Origin: an uncultured Pseudomonadota bacterium
Lineage (GTDB): Bacteria; Bdellovibrionota_B; Oligoflexia; Oligoflexales; CAIYRB01
Assembly (NCBI GenBank): GCA_903928445.1
Contig: CAIYRB010000076.1
Coordinates: forward strand, 3,893 to 67,892
Reading direction: 5' to 3'
Length of the DNA stretch: 64,000 bases
Part shown: one piece after another, positions 1-10,131 of the stretch
Layout of the letters: each line of letters begins with the position of its first letter
How positions within the stretch are numbered: the first letter of the stretch is position 1
Program-made: the position numbers and the translations under genes
Notes under the pieces: model-generated
Seen by the model: only the letters and a program-made list of their open reading frames with translations
Databases searched by the model: none
What the model was told of the DNA's origin: nothing

Positions 1-750
1 GTCATTGGGTGGGACAAAGGCATCGATACGGTAGTAGGTCCGGTCGCGAAAGCCGACATGCCCCTTCAGGCTAAATTGGTTCCAGCGGTAGCCGGTGCCG
101 GACAAAAAGCCGTTGGTGGTTTCAGCAAAGCTATCGACCACTGTTTTGCGTCGATATTGAATCAAGTTTTCTCTGGTATGGTCCATAAGGGCCTCGCCGC
201 CCCAGTCCGAGTAGAGCACCGAAGGATCCTGATAATAGCCGAAAAAACTCACTCCTTGGTTCGCCAACGAAGCGCCTGATGCGACCGTTTTGCCCATGCC
301 GAGGAAGTTAGATTCGAGCATGATCACACCAATTTTTCGCGATTGACCGGTATCGACCTGCAGGTAGGGAATGGGAATCAGGGTCGTGCGCTCTTTTACC
401 TCAACCGTAATATGACGTCGCGCGGCTATAACAGTGACTTCGGAAAAGATCTTGGTATTGAGCAGACACTGGCGGAGCAGGTGCTCAATTTCGGAAGTCC
501 CCGCGCCCAGACGAACCTGCGTCAGGCAGACCCGAGTCAGGTGATCAATATAATCGCTTCTGGTGCGGATGTTGCCGCTTACCTCTAGGCCAAAAGCTTG
601 ACCCTTTCCCTGACCTTCGGCTTGTGCCAGGGCAACTGAGGCGCTAAACAACGCGAGGGCCGTCGCCGCAAACAGGGCAAGTGCGTGCCACCTGCGCGCC
701 CAATATGTTTTGCGCTGTAACAATTCCCAGTCCTGTCGGCAAAGGATCAT
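1..750 (-). CDS. Omp85/BamA-TamA superfamily outer-membrane protein with POTRA domain (3' end runs off the window)
   Basis: Not in the ORF track. Manual translation from ATG at 750 is open to position 1: signal-like ALFAATALALFSASVALA, POTRA-like GNIRTRSDYI...IFSEVTV...ITVEVKER, then barrel start TLIPIPYL...ESNFLGMGKT. Confidence 0.7.
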   Translation of the reverse strand, partial: MILCRQDWELLQRKTYWARRWHALALFAATALALFSASVALAQAEGQGKGQAFGLEVSGNIRTRSDYIDHLTRVCLTQVRLGAGTSEIEHLLRQCLLNTKIFSEVTVIAARRHITVEVKERTTLIPIPYLQVDTGQSRKIGVIMLESNFLGMGKTVASGASLANQGVSFFGYYQDPSVLYSDWGGEALMDHTRENLIQYRRKTVVDSFAETTNGFLSGTGYRWNQFSLKGHVGFRDRTYYRIDAFVPPND

Positions 751-834
751 GCACGGGCATGAGCCACAATCGGCTTCCAGCTTTACTCTCTGATCATCGG
801 TTGAAATCCTGCTGAGCTAAGTCGCTGCTCGGCT

Positions 835-2109
835 TTACGCGCCAAGCGCGGCTTGGACCGCTTGGAGATTTGGCGCTATTTCCTTCACTTTTAGGGAAGT
901 TGCTGCTAGGACGGCTTCGGGGTCTTTCAGCATATGTCCGGTTAGGATGCAAACCACGTCGTCACTGGCTTTGATGGTGCCGGCTTGGACCAACTGTCGA
1001 ACTCCAGCTAGGGTAGCAGCGCTGGCCGGCTCGCAGCCCAGCCCCGAACGGTCGATTGCGGCCTTCGCCTGCATGATTTCTTGGTCGGTGACTTGGGCCA
1101 CGACACCCAAGGTATCTAGGATCGCCCGCTTGGCCTTTGAGTAGTTGACGGGGGCGCCGATGCGTATCGCCGTTGCCACAGTTTCGGCTTTGACCTGGTA
1201 ACTGTGCGAGAATTCGTCCGCGTAACTTAGATAAAATGGATTAGCGCCGGCTGCCTGAATCGCTGCGAGACGTGGTAAGCGATTGATCCAACCAGCGGCA
1301 TGGGCCTCGCGCAAGGCTTTACCAAAAGCACTCGTATTACCAAGGTTCCCGGCCGGCACGACAATCCAATCGGGGGCCTCGAAGTTGCGCTGCGCGAGCA
1401 GCTCGAAGATGATCGACTTCTGGCCTTCAAGGCGAAACGGATTGACCGAGTTCACCAGGTACATGCCGAGTTTGCTCGCGGACTCTTGGACTAAGCCCAT
1501 CGCTTCATCGAAGTCCCCCTGCACTGCCAAACAGGTGGCGCCGTAGCCGACAGCCTGGGCCAGCTTGCTGGTGGCGATCTTGCCGGCTGGGAGGAACACC
1601 ACCGCGCGCATGCCTGCCTGGGACGCATAGGCGGCCAGCGAGGCACTGGTGTTGCCGGTTGAGGCGCACGCTACATAGTCGAGGCCGAGGTGCTTGGCCT
1701 GAGACACCGCAACCGTCATACCGCGGTCCTTGAAGGAGCCGGTCGGGTTCTCCCCTTCGTGCTTAAAGCCAAGTTGTTCGATGCCAGCGAAGTCTGCCAA
1801 GCTGCGGCGCTCGTAGAGGCGAGTGCGTCCCTCTGGATGCGTGACGATATGCTCTGGCGGAAGGCTCAAGATGGCTTCGCGAAAGGACCACACGCCGCTT
1901 TGATCGAGCGGATTGTGGCTGAGTTGGCGCGAAGCCAAAAGGGCCCTGGTCAACGTCTGGTGCCATGCATCGTCGCGCTCCACCGTCAGCAAGGCGCCGC
2001 AGGTGCAATGATATCGTACCTCTGAAATGGAAAAGGATGCGGTGCAGGCGACGCATTGCAGGCGTTCTGAGAGATCAGGGGCATGCAGAGTGATCAATGG
2101 ATCGGTCAT
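835..2109 (-). CDS. thrC: threonine synthase
   Basis: KHEGENPTGSFKDRG PLP-lysine motif, CASTGNTSAS, VPAGNLGN, EPASA. Start placed at ATG 2109 (ATGA overlap with thrB stop) rather than 2196. Confidence 0.95.
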   Translation of the reverse strand: MTDPLITLHAPDLSERLQCVACTASFSISEVRYHCTCGALLTVERDDAWHQTLTRALLASRQLSHNPLDQSGVWSFREAILSLPPEHIVTHPEGRTRLYERRSLADFAGIEQLGFKHEGENPTGSFKDRGMTVAVSQAKHLGLDYVACASTGNTSASLAAYASQAGMRAVVFLPAGKIATSKLAQAVGYGATCLAVQGDFDEAMGLVQESASKLGMYLVNSVNPFRLEGQKSIIFELLAQRNFEAPDWIVVPAGNLGNTSAFGKALREAHAAGWINRLPRLAAIQAAGANPFYLSYADEFSHSYQVKAETVATAIRIGAPVNYSKAKRAILDTLGVVAQVTDQEIMQAKAAIDRSGLGCEPASAATLAGVRQLVQAGTIKASDDVVCILTGHMLKDPEAVLAATSLKVKEIAPNLQAVQAALGA

Positions 2110-3023
2110 AGGACACGGGCTCCTTCGGCGGCGATGCGACCTGTGTGAGTTTGGGCTTCCACAGGCCAGAATGCTGCCTTCATGGCTGCGGCGCAAGAAT
2201 GAGCTATGGCTTCAGTGGCGCATAAAGCAAACACGCTAGGGCCCGCACCGCTAATGCTGCAGCCGAGGGCGCCGGATTTAACCGCGGCGCTTTTAACGGC
2301 GAAAAACGAGCCGATGAGCTTGGCTCTATGGGGCTCAGCATAGACGTCGACCAGGGCGCGGCGGGCTAACTCGTGGTCGCCGCTAACGAAGGCCGTAATC
2401 AGACTAGAAGTATGCGCTAGTTGGTGCACAAAGTCGGCCTGGGTTACCAACTGCGGGAGGACCGAACGGGCCTTTTTCGTGGTTAGACGCATCGCCGGAC
2501 TGACGATCGTCAGCCACCAGGTCCCCTGTATCGGGACGCGCACCGCGTCGGCGGGTTCAACGCAGCGCGCAATGGTGAGGCCGCCGAGTAAACTTGGGGC
2601 GATGTTGTCCAGGTGGGCGCTGGAGACGCTGGCTTCGCCGGCTAGCGCAGCGGTTAAAATCGCCACTTGAGGTACACTGCGTCCGAGTGCGATGGCCGCG
2701 CCGTAGGCTCCGCCGACACTTGCCGCGGCACTAGCGCCGAGCCCTCCGGCGAGTGGCAGGCTGCGGTCGATCGAGACCCTGACGTTGCGTTTGTCGCCCT
2801 GGGAACGCAAGAGCGCGACTGCAGCAATGGTCGTGCAGTTAGCGTTTGGATCTTTCGGGACAAGTTCGTGGTCACGGCCGGTGATCCCAGCGATACTGCT
2901 GGCTGCCTCTGTCAGCTCGATGGTGAAGCGGTCACCGATGCCGTCAACGGCCAGTCCAAGAACGTCAAAACCGGGGCCGACGTTGCCGATACTACCAGGG
3001 ACAAAGACGCGAACAGAAGTCAT
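2106..3023 (-). CDS. thrB: homoserine kinase
   Basis: PGSIGNVGPGFDVLG, GHMP motif PLAGGLGASAA, HLDNIAP, ISGAGPS. Confidence 0.95.
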   Translation of the reverse strand: MTSVRVFVPGSIGNVGPGFDVLGLAVDGIGDRFTIELTEAASSIAGITGRDHELVPKDPNANCTTIAAVALLRSQGDKRNVRVSIDRSLPLAGGLGASAAASVGGAYGAAIALGRSVPQVAILTAALAGEASVSSAHLDNIAPSLLGGLTIARCVEPADAVRVPIQGTWWLTIVSPAMRLTTKKARSVLPQLVTQADFVHQLAHTSSLITAFVSGDHELARRALVDVYAEPHRAKLIGSFFAVKSAAVKSGALGCSISGAGPSVFALCATEAIAHSCAAAMKAAFWPVEAQTHTGRIAAEGARVL

Positions 3024-3031
3024 CGGGTGCC

Positions 3032-5620
3032 TTACCTTTTGGGGCGACGGCCGCGGACCGCGAGGTCCTCGGATAATGCGATGGCCAGGACGTCGTTGAG
3101 TACGCCTGCGGCAGTGACCTCGGCGCCAGCCCCAGGACCGCTGACGATTAAAGGATTTTGTTTATAGCGTTTGGTCGTGATGGTGACCTGGTTGTCTGTG
3201 CCGCGGAGTCGGCCGAGCGGGGCGGCGCTTTCGATCTCCTCTAGGCCGACGGTGACCCGGTCCGAGGTGATGCGAGCGACGTAGCGGATGCAGCGATGGT
3301 TGCGGCGGGCGGCGGCGATGCGCTCTGCCCAGGCGACGTCTAAACCGCGCAGATTTTGCAAGAACACTTTTGGTTCCGGCGAGCTGAGCTCGGCGGGAAA
3401 CAGTGGCTCTACGGCGATGTCTTCGATATTCATGCGAATGCCAAGGGTGCGGGCCAGAATCAAGGCTTTGCGGGCGACGTCCATTCCGCTGAGATCCTCA
3501 CGCGGATCTGGCTCGGTAAAGCCGAGTGAATGGGCGCGGCCGACAGCCTCGGCAAAGGGCGAGCCACCCTCGAGTTCGGTCATCAGATAGCCAAGAGTTC
3601 CAGAAAAGCAGCCCAGGATCATTTCGATATGGTCGCCAGCTTCCTGCAGCTTCGCTAGTGTATCGAGGATGGGTAGGCCGGCGCCGACGGTGGCCTCGTA
3701 GCGCAGTTGGACGCCGTGCTCAGCCGCGGTGGCGAAGAGTTCGTCAAACTGCGCTTGGGCGACGGCCAGCGGCTTTTTGTTGGCCACTGCGACGTGCCAG
3801 CCGGCACGTAGTGCCTCGAGGAGCAGTGGGGCCGAGTCTTCGGCGGTGGTATCGATGAACACGCCTTTATGGACCGGAAGCTGCCACAGCTTGCGCTGCA
3901 GGTCGGTGGTCATGTTCGCCACGGACATCTTCATTTGGCGGCGATCGGATGGCGGATGCAGCGATCCGCCTTTGTCCTTCGCCAGTAGAATGTTGTTGAT
4001 ATCGCTTGCCGACATGCCTTGTTCGCGAACAAAGGAGCCAGAGCTATCAACGAGGGCCAAGCAATTCAGACTGAGCTGCATTTTGTTTTGGTAATAAGAC
4101 TGCTGCGCTTGAAGCTGACGCAGGAGGGTTCGGCCGATTTGGCCGATGCCGTAGACGGCCAGGCACACCTCGCCGTCGGACTGCGGCGGCAATGCCCGCA
4201 GCTTCTCGAGGCGAAACTCGCGATGCAGGCTGGTCAAGGCTTCAGGAACAGCGGCCTCCTCCGTCACGACCGAGATATTCAGTTCGGAGGATCCTTGGGC
4301 AATCGCCTCGACATTGACCTTCGCGCGGGCCAATGCCGTAAAGGAACGAGCGGCAATCCCTGGGGTACCTTGCATGCCAAGGCCGACGATGGCGATGACG
4401 GCTTGGCCATCGCGGGAACGGATCTCATCGATGAGGTTGTGTTCTAGTTCAAACTGAAAAGTTTCTTTGAGTGCTCTGACGGCCGACTTGGCTTCGCTGC
4501 TCGGTACCACAAAGCACAGGTTGGCCTCGCTCGACGCTTGGCTGATGACGGCAACCGAGATGCCGTGTTGTGCCAATGCACCAAAGGTCCGGGCGGCGAT
4601 TCCCGGGACCCCCATCATGCCGCTGCCCTCGACGGCGATCAGCGATTGACTCATCACCGCCGTGAGCGCTTTAACCGGGAAGGCGCCAGGCGGAACATCA
4701 CCGGCGATACGGGTCCCGGCAATTTCCAGGTTGAAGGTGCCGCGCACCGTTAAGGGGATCTGATGCTTGAGTAGCGGGATGATGGTGCGAGGATGGAGGA
4801 CCTTGGCGCCGTAGTAGGCGAGCTCGGCAGCTTCACGGTAATGCAGCTCGGGGACGATCCGTGCCTCCTTGACGTGGCGTGGATCGGCGGTCAGAAGGCC
4901 ATCCACCTCTTTATAGAGCGTCACGGACGCGGCGTTGAGGCAATGGCCGAGGACCGTGGCGGAAAGGTCCGAGCCACCGCGACCGAGAGTCACCAGACCG
5001 CCGCCCGGGCCAGTCCCGATAAAACCGGGCACGATCACCAGTTGACCACGGTCCAAGGCCGGCAGGACTTGGGCCTTCACTCGCGCCGTGGTCTGGTCCA
5101 AATCAGGGAACAGGCTGCCATACTGGCGTTCGACGATGATCAGCTCGGTGGCATCGATGTATTTCGCGTCGATGCCACGCTCTTGCAGTACTTCGCAGAC
5201 CAGTTTGGCCAAGGTGCGTTCACCGCGGGCGGCTGTCATATCTAAGACGCGCTGGGTGTGTTCGCGTAGCGTTACCAGGCTTTGACAGATGGCACCGAGT
5301 TCGTCTGCCGCCTGGTCAATCCACTGGTGCATGCGCTCCAGGCGACCTGGCTCCTTTAACAGGGCCGAAGCGGCGTCGTGATGGCGGCGGCGGAAGGTTT
5401 CCTGGGCCGGATAATAGTCGCCGCCACGCACCGCCGTCTGGGCTGCGTCGAGCAGCAAGTCGGTGACTTTAGCCATGGCCGAGAAGACCAGCAGCAGACC
5501 ACCCGGGTCGTTTGCGACAATCCCGGAAATGATCCCAATCACGACTTCAATGGCGCGGTGGTCTTGGACCGAGGTGCCGCCAAACTTCGCCACATGATAA
5601 CGCCGAGCCGTTGTGTTCAC
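3032..5620 (-). CDS. thrA: bifunctional aspartate kinase/homoserine dehydrogenase
   Basis: KFGGTS, TLGRGGSD, two ACT domains, GIGQIG Rossmann motif, ANKK, YEATVGAGLP, GPGAGAEVTA. Confidence 0.95.
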   Translation of the reverse strand: MNTTARRYHVAKFGGTSVQDHRAIEVVIGIISGIVANDPGGLLLVFSAMAKVTDLLLDAAQTAVRGGDYYPAQETFRRRHHDAASALLKEPGRLERMHQWIDQAADELGAICQSLVTLREHTQRVLDMTAARGERTLAKLVCEVLQERGIDAKYIDATELIIVERQYGSLFPDLDQTTARVKAQVLPALDRGQLVIVPGFIGTGPGGGLVTLGRGGSDLSATVLGHCLNAASVTLYKEVDGLLTADPRHVKEARIVPELHYREAAELAYYGAKVLHPRTIIPLLKHQIPLTVRGTFNLEIAGTRIAGDVPPGAFPVKALTAVMSQSLIAVEGSGMMGVPGIAARTFGALAQHGISVAVISQASSEANLCFVVPSSEAKSAVRALKETFQFELEHNLIDEIRSRDGQAVIAIVGLGMQGTPGIAARSFTALARAKVNVEAIAQGSSELNISVVTEEAAVPEALTSLHREFRLEKLRALPPQSDGEVCLAVYGIGQIGRTLLRQLQAQQSYYQNKMQLSLNCLALVDSSGSFVREQGMSASDINNILLAKDKGGSLHPPSDRRQMKMSVANMTTDLQRKLWQLPVHKGVFIDTTAEDSAPLLLEALRAGWHVAVANKKPLAVAQAQFDELFATAAEHGVQLRYEATVGAGLPILDTLAKLQEAGDHIEMILGCFSGTLGYLMTELEGGSPFAEAVGRAHSLGFTEPDPREDLSGMDVARKALILARTLGIRMNIEDIAVEPLFPAELSSPEPKVFLQNLRGLDVAWAERIAAARRNHRCIRYVARITSDRVTVGLEEIESAAPLGRLRGTDNQVTITTKRYKQNPLIVSGPGAGAEVTAAGVLNDVLAIALSEDLAVRGRRPKR

Positions 5621-5714
5621 CTGGATTCCTGCAGGAAAGGGTCATGGTCGCATTCTAGCATGAATAACCACGGTTACGAATCATGGTTGCAACGCATGGT
5701 TACATTTCGGCTGT

Positions 5715-5835
5715 GGCTTTGTTGCATAAATCCTGCCCTCCCGCCTTCCCACTCTCCTAGTTGCGCGGAATAAAGCCGCGGCCGAAAAACTGGGAGGGCA
5801 GAAAGGCGGGAGGGCAGGATTTGTGCAACAAAGCC
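5715..5835. mobile_element. 121-bp foldback MITE-like element with IS903-like terminal inverted repeats
   Basis: Left GGCTTTGTTGCATAAATC (5715-5732) and right GATTTGTGCAACAAAGCC (5818-5835); imperfect pairing extends ~48 bp inward; no transposase; no clean target duplication. Confidence 0.65.
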
Positions 5836-5864
5836 ATTGGCCGGTGGTCGAGCACCACCTTCGA

Positions 5865-7667
5865 TCAGTCATCAATCTGCAAAATGGCCATAAACGCATC
5901 TTGTGGGATCTCGACGCTCCCGACCTGTTTCATCCGCTTTTTGCCGGCCTTCTGTTTGTCGAGGAGCTTTCTTTTGCGCGAAATATCGCCGCCGTAGCAC
6001 TTGGCCGTGACATCCTTACGCATCGCTGCGACGGTTTCGCGGGCGACGATTTTGCCACCGATGGCACCTTGGATAGCGATCTGGAACATCTGCCGCGGCA
6101 GGATGTCTTTGAGCTTCTTACACAAGGAACGGCCGCGGATGGCTGCGGTGGAGCGGTGGACGATACAGGACAGCGCGTCGACCGGCTCATTGTTGACCAG
6201 GATGTCGAGCTTGACCAGGTCCCCGGGGCGGTATTCGGTGACGTCATAGTCCATCGAGGCATAGCCACGGGAAATGCTTTTCAACTTATCGTGGAAGTCG
6301 AAGATCATCTCATTCATGGGGATTTCGTAGGTAATCTTGACCCTTTTTGCGGTCAGGTAGTCGAGGCCTTTTTGCACTCCACGACGCTCGGTGAGCAGCT
6401 TGAGCAGACCGCCGATGTATTCTTCGGGCGTATGAATGGTCAGCAAGACGTAGGGCTCTTCGATGCGGTCGATCTTGGTTGGATCGGGCATCTTTGAGGG
6501 ATTTTCAATGCTGGTTACCTGGCCGTCGACACCGTGCATGTGGTAGACGACGGTCGGTGCGGTAAAAATCAGATCGAGGTTATACTCGCGCTCTAGGCGC
6601 TCCTGGATAATGTCCATATGGAGCAAGCCCAAGAAGCCGACGCGGTAGCCCATGCCAAGGGCGTTAGAACTTTCCAGTTCGAAGGTCAATGAAGCGTCAT
6701 TGAGCTGCAGCTTTTCGAATGATTCCTTCAGCAGCTGGTATTCGCTTGAGTCAACCGGGAAGATGCCGCCGAAGACCATTTGACGGGCTTTTTGGAACCC
6801 GGACAGAGGGCCGGCAGCCGGTCTGTCAGGATTGGTAATGGTGTCGCCGACACGCGTGTCGCCAACGCCTTTGATGGAGCCAGCGACAAAGCCGACTTCG
6901 CCAGCCACCAAGCCGGCGAATTCAACCTGCTTCGGCATCAGCTTGCCGATTTTTAACACCTCGAAAATCTTGCCCGACGACATCATCTGCATCTTTTGGT
7001 TCTTGCGCAGCTCGCCTGCCATGACCCGAATCAGCGACACGGCGCCAAGATAAGGGTCGAACCAGCTATCAAAGATCAGCGCTTGCAGTGGCTCCTCGCG
7101 GCGCACCTTCGGTGGTGGCACGCGTTTGACGATGGCCTCAAGCACATCTTTGATGCCAATGCGTGCCTTGGCGCTGGCGAGGACCGCCTCGCTGCCATCC
7201 AGCGCTAACTCCTCTTCGATTTCGCCGCGGACCTTGTCCGGATCGGCACTGGGCAGATCGATCTTGTTGATGACCGGGATCAGGGTCAGGTTGGCGGCCA
7301 TGGCGAGCGACACATTGGCGACCGTCTGGGCTTCGACACCTTGGCTGGCATCGACGATGACCAGCGCTCCTTCACAGGCGGCGAGGCTGCGCGACACCTC
7401 GTAGCTGAAGTCGACATGGCCAGGGGTGTCGATGAGGTTGAACAAGTACGAGTGGCCATCGTCCGCTTTGTAGATCATCGAGCAGGTCTGCGCCTTGATC
7501 GTGATGCCGCGTTCGCGTTCGATGTCCATGCTATCGAGCACTTGCTCGCGCATCTCACGCTGTGACAGGGTCCCGGTGAACTCGATCAAGCGGTCAGCGA
7601 GGGTCGATTTGCCGTGATCGATGTGTGCAATAATACAGAAGTTTCTAATGAAATTGGGATCGTCCAT
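5865..7667 (-). CDS. lepA: elongation factor 4 (LepA)
   Basis: [50 protein letters not shown]. Confidence 0.98.
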   Translation of the reverse strand: MDDPNFIRNFCIIAHIDHGKSTLADRLIEFTGTLSQREMREQVLDSMDIERERGITIKAQTCSMIYKADDGHSYLFNLIDTPGHVDFSYEVSRSLAACEGALVIVDASQGVEAQTVANVSLAMAANLTLIPVINKIDLPSADPDKVRGEIEEELALDGSEAVLASAKARIGIKDVLEAIVKRVPPPKVRREEPLQALIFDSWFDPYLGAVSLIRVMAGELRKNQKMQMMSSGKIFEVLKIGKLMPKQVEFAGLVAGEVGFVAGSIKGVGDTRVGDTITNPDRPAAGPLSGFQKARQMVFGGIFPVDSSEYQLLKESFEKLQLNDASLTFELESSNALGMGYRVGFLGLLHMDIIQERLEREYNLDLIFTAPTVVYHMHGVDGQVTSIENPSKMPDPTKIDRIEEPYVLLTIHTPEEYIGGLLKLLTERRGVQKGLDYLTAKRVKITYEIPMNEMIFDFHDKLKSISRGYASMDYDVTEYRPGDLVKLDILVNNEPVDALSCIVHRSTAAIRGRSLCKKLKDILPRQMFQIAIQGAIGGKIVARETVAAMRKDVTAKCYGGDISRKRKLLDKQKAGKKRMKQVGSVEIPQDAFMAILQIDD

Positions 7668-7780
7668 GGTCCTTGGGAGCCCCTTTCGGGTCTGAGCGGG
7701 CTTAAAGTCTGGGCATCAGCGTACCGATGGGAAGGGGAGAATAGCGTTTCAGGGCGATTTTTTCACGGATAATCGATTCT

Positions 7781-8161
7781 ATGACTCGACTCAGCCAGCT
7801 GGCTACCTTGCTCCTCGTCACCTGGACTCTGCTCAGTGTGGTCGGGTGCGAAACCACTGCGAAAAAGCTTGAGCCCGACGTGCCCCAGCGCACGCACTAC
7901 ACCCTGCGTGAAGGCAAGGCGACGAAGTACTCAGAGCCGTTGCCAACCCGGACCGATTTCATCGTCGAATGGCACTATACAAGTGGCCGGACCGAAGAGT
8001 TAACCGGCTTTCATGCTTGGGATTTTATCGGTCAAGGGCGTTACAGCATGGTCGAAGTACTAGGCGAGGACGGCCGCATCACCCATCGCTTGTTTGATTT
8101 TGACGGCGACGGCCATACCGATCTCGTTTGGGACGTTACGAGCAACGCTCCGGAGCGCTAG
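7781..8161 (+). CDS. hypothetical lipoprotein
   Basis: Lipobox VVGC after hydrophobic stretch; C-terminal DFDGDGHTD Ca-binding-like motif. Confidence 0.65.
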   Translation: MTRLSQLATLLLVTWTLLSVVGCETTAKKLEPDVPQRTHYTLREGKATKYSEPLPTRTDFIVEWHYTSGRTEELTGFHAWDFIGQGRYSMVEVLGEDGRITHRLFDFDGDGHTDLVWDVTSNAPER

Positions 8162-8205
8162 GCAAGGCCGGTGATGGGCTAGCAGCGGCCAGCGTGCTCG
8201 TGGTC

Positions 8206-8706
8206 TTACTGTAACTTGACGACCTTAGTGGCCAGGGCATAGCGCTGTTGGACGGCGATGGCCGCCCGGTCGGCATCTTTTTGGTTGGCAAACAGACCTT
8301 GGCGAATCCGGTAGACGACCCGTCCAGAGCGGGCAAGTGGTGTGTAATAGGCCTCGACGCCCTGCTCGTGCAGTCCATCGATGATGCGCTCGGCCTCGTC
8401 GCGGCCGGTGGCAACTTTGATCTCCAAGGTGAAGCTGTCTTTGCCAGGTTGTTCGGCGTCGCGACTCTTAGCGTGAAAGGCCGCCGGAGCATGACCAACC
8501 GAGGTGTAGAAAAAGGCCGCCTGTGCCTCGGCGGATGTCGCCTTGTCCTCCGCTGCGGCGGCATCTGGACGTGAAGGCTTAGGTGCGGGGAGGCCAACGA
8601 GCAAAAAGACCGCGCCGAGCAGCACCGTGACAAAGGTTGTCAGGGCGACGATTAGGCGCACCGAGGAAGGGGCCTGAAGCTCTTGATTGGGCAATGGAAA
8701 CCTCAT
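8206..8706 (-). CDS. SPOR-domain (peptidoglycan-binding) bitopic membrane protein
   Basis: Single N-terminal TM, linker, C-terminal SPOR-like FTLEIK...VVYRIRQGLFANQKDA. Confidence 0.75.
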   Translation of the reverse strand: MRFPLPNQELQAPSSVRLIVALTTFVTVLLGAVFLLVGLPAPKPSRPDAAAAEDKATSAEAQAAFFYTSVGHAPAAFHAKSRDAEQPGKDSFTLEIKVATGRDEAERIIDGLHEQGVEAYYTPLARSGRVVYRIRQGLFANQKDADRAAIAVQQRYALATKVVKLQ

Positions 8707-8866
8707 CGCACTGGGGTCTTGGAGGCGGTAGGTCTATTGTATCAAGCCGTACCTGGACTGCCATCCTTTAGATAAACATAAATATTAACAGGGTCTTGAG
8801 TCTTGATGCGAGGGCTGTGCTTGGTCTTGGGCAACGTCGTGCCGATGCTTCTATTGGCTTCAAACC

Positions 8867-9988
8867 ATGGTCCAAAGCATGATGAACCCCCCCGTTAAAC
8901 ATCAGTACCTGCCGACACTAGATGGCTGGCGCGCTGTCGCGATCCTCGGCGTCTTAATGTGCCATGGTTTGGACTATCCATTGTCGGACGTCGGTCCATG
9001 GGCGAACCCGCGCTTGTTTGCTTGGACGCGTTTGGGGGCCTACGGCGTCGACATATTTTTTGGACTTAGTGGCTTTCTCATCACCAGGCGACTCAAGGAG
9101 GAGCTAGACCTTCGTGGGCGCATCGATCTGGCTCAATTTTACGGCCGCCGCGCCTTTCGCATCTTGCCGCCGGTGATCGTCTATTTAAGCGTGATGGCGT
9201 TGCTGACACTGCTCGGAGTGTTGACCATCCCGAAGATTCAATTCCTCGGTAGCCTGGTCTTCTTTCGCAATTTTCTTGATTCTGCGACCAGAGATGGCTG
9301 GTACACCGGACATTTTTGGTCGCTGAGTGTTGAAGAACATTTTTACTTGTTCTGGCCCCTGGTGCTAGCTGGGCTTGGGGCCACGCGCTCACGCCTGTTT
9401 GCCGTGATCTTTGCCGCCTTGGTTGCTGCGTGGCGCTGGCACGAATATCAGCAACCGTGGTTTGGGCAGCTGTTGCCGAAGGATATTTTCTTTGCACGCA
9501 GCGATATGCGCCTCGATTCGCTGATGTGGGGAGCTTGGGGTGCATTGATGTTCGAGAGCAGCTGGTGGTCCCATGTCTGGCGTCGGGCATCGAGTCGCTG
9601 GCTATGGCTCGCCGCGGTCGTGTCGCTGATCGCCAGCTTTCGCTTCAAAGAGGTGAACCTGATTACCCTGCAGGGACTGCTGATCGTGGCTCTGTTGACC
9701 GGCACGGTGCTGCGGCCATCTGGACTGCGGGCTCGACTTCTCGAGATCCCGCCCCTGCGCTATCTCGGACGACTATCGTATAGCTTGTACATCTGGCAGC
9801 AGTTTTTCTTGGTTGGATCGCGCGAAACGCGACCTTTGCCGCTGCCGCTAGTCCAAACTTGGCCATGGAACATCGTCGCGTTGGCGCTGATGGTTGGGCT
9901 TAGCTACTACCTGGTTGAACGACCGATGATTGAGCTCGGCCGACGCCTCCTCCAGCGCCATGCAAAAAAGCCGGTAGACCTAGGCTAA
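8867..9988 (+). CDS. acyltransferase family 3 (OafA/YrhL-like O-acyltransferase)
   Basis: LDGWRAVA, GVDIFFGLSGFLIT, FYGRRAFRILP, HFWSLSVEEHFY, LGRLSYSLYIWQ, YLVERP. Confidence 0.92.
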   Translation: MVQSMMNPPVKHQYLPTLDGWRAVAILGVLMCHGLDYPLSDVGPWANPRLFAWTRLGAYGVDIFFGLSGFLITRRLKEELDLRGRIDLAQFYGRRAFRILPPVIVYLSVMALLTLLGVLTIPKIQFLGSLVFFRNFLDSATRDGWYTGHFWSLSVEEHFYLFWPLVLAGLGATRSRLFAVIFAALVAAWRWHEYQQPWFGQLLPKDIFFARSDMRLDSLMWGAWGALMFESSWWSHVWRRASSRWLWLAAVVSLIASFRFKEVNLITLQGLLIVALLTGTVLRPSGLRARLLEIPPLRYLGRLSYSLYIWQQFFLVGSRETRPLPLPLVQTWPWNIVALALMVGLSYYLVERPMIELGRRLLQRHAKKPVDLG

Positions 9989-10131
9989 TCTCTCATTCTG
10001 GCATGGAAAATAGCTTGTGATCTCGGTCTAGACCTTTACAGTGATGGGACCTTTGGGTCTCCTTCACGGTTGACGATCTTACCATAGGCACGCCCAGGGC
10101 CGGGGCCCAGAGTGTCGCATGCAGAAAGTAG

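Noticed and set aside
2110-2196. N-terminal extension of thrC in the ORF track
   Set aside because: Overlaps thrB; the ATGA-coupled start at 2109 is more plausible
5621-5864. Thr/Ile leader-peptide attenuator or riboswitch upstream of thrA
   Set aside because: No short Thr/Ile-rich ORF or recognisable aptamer on the minus strand; the hairpin present has IS-like ends
5823-6497. 224-aa ORF on + strand
   Set aside because: Antisense shadow of lepA
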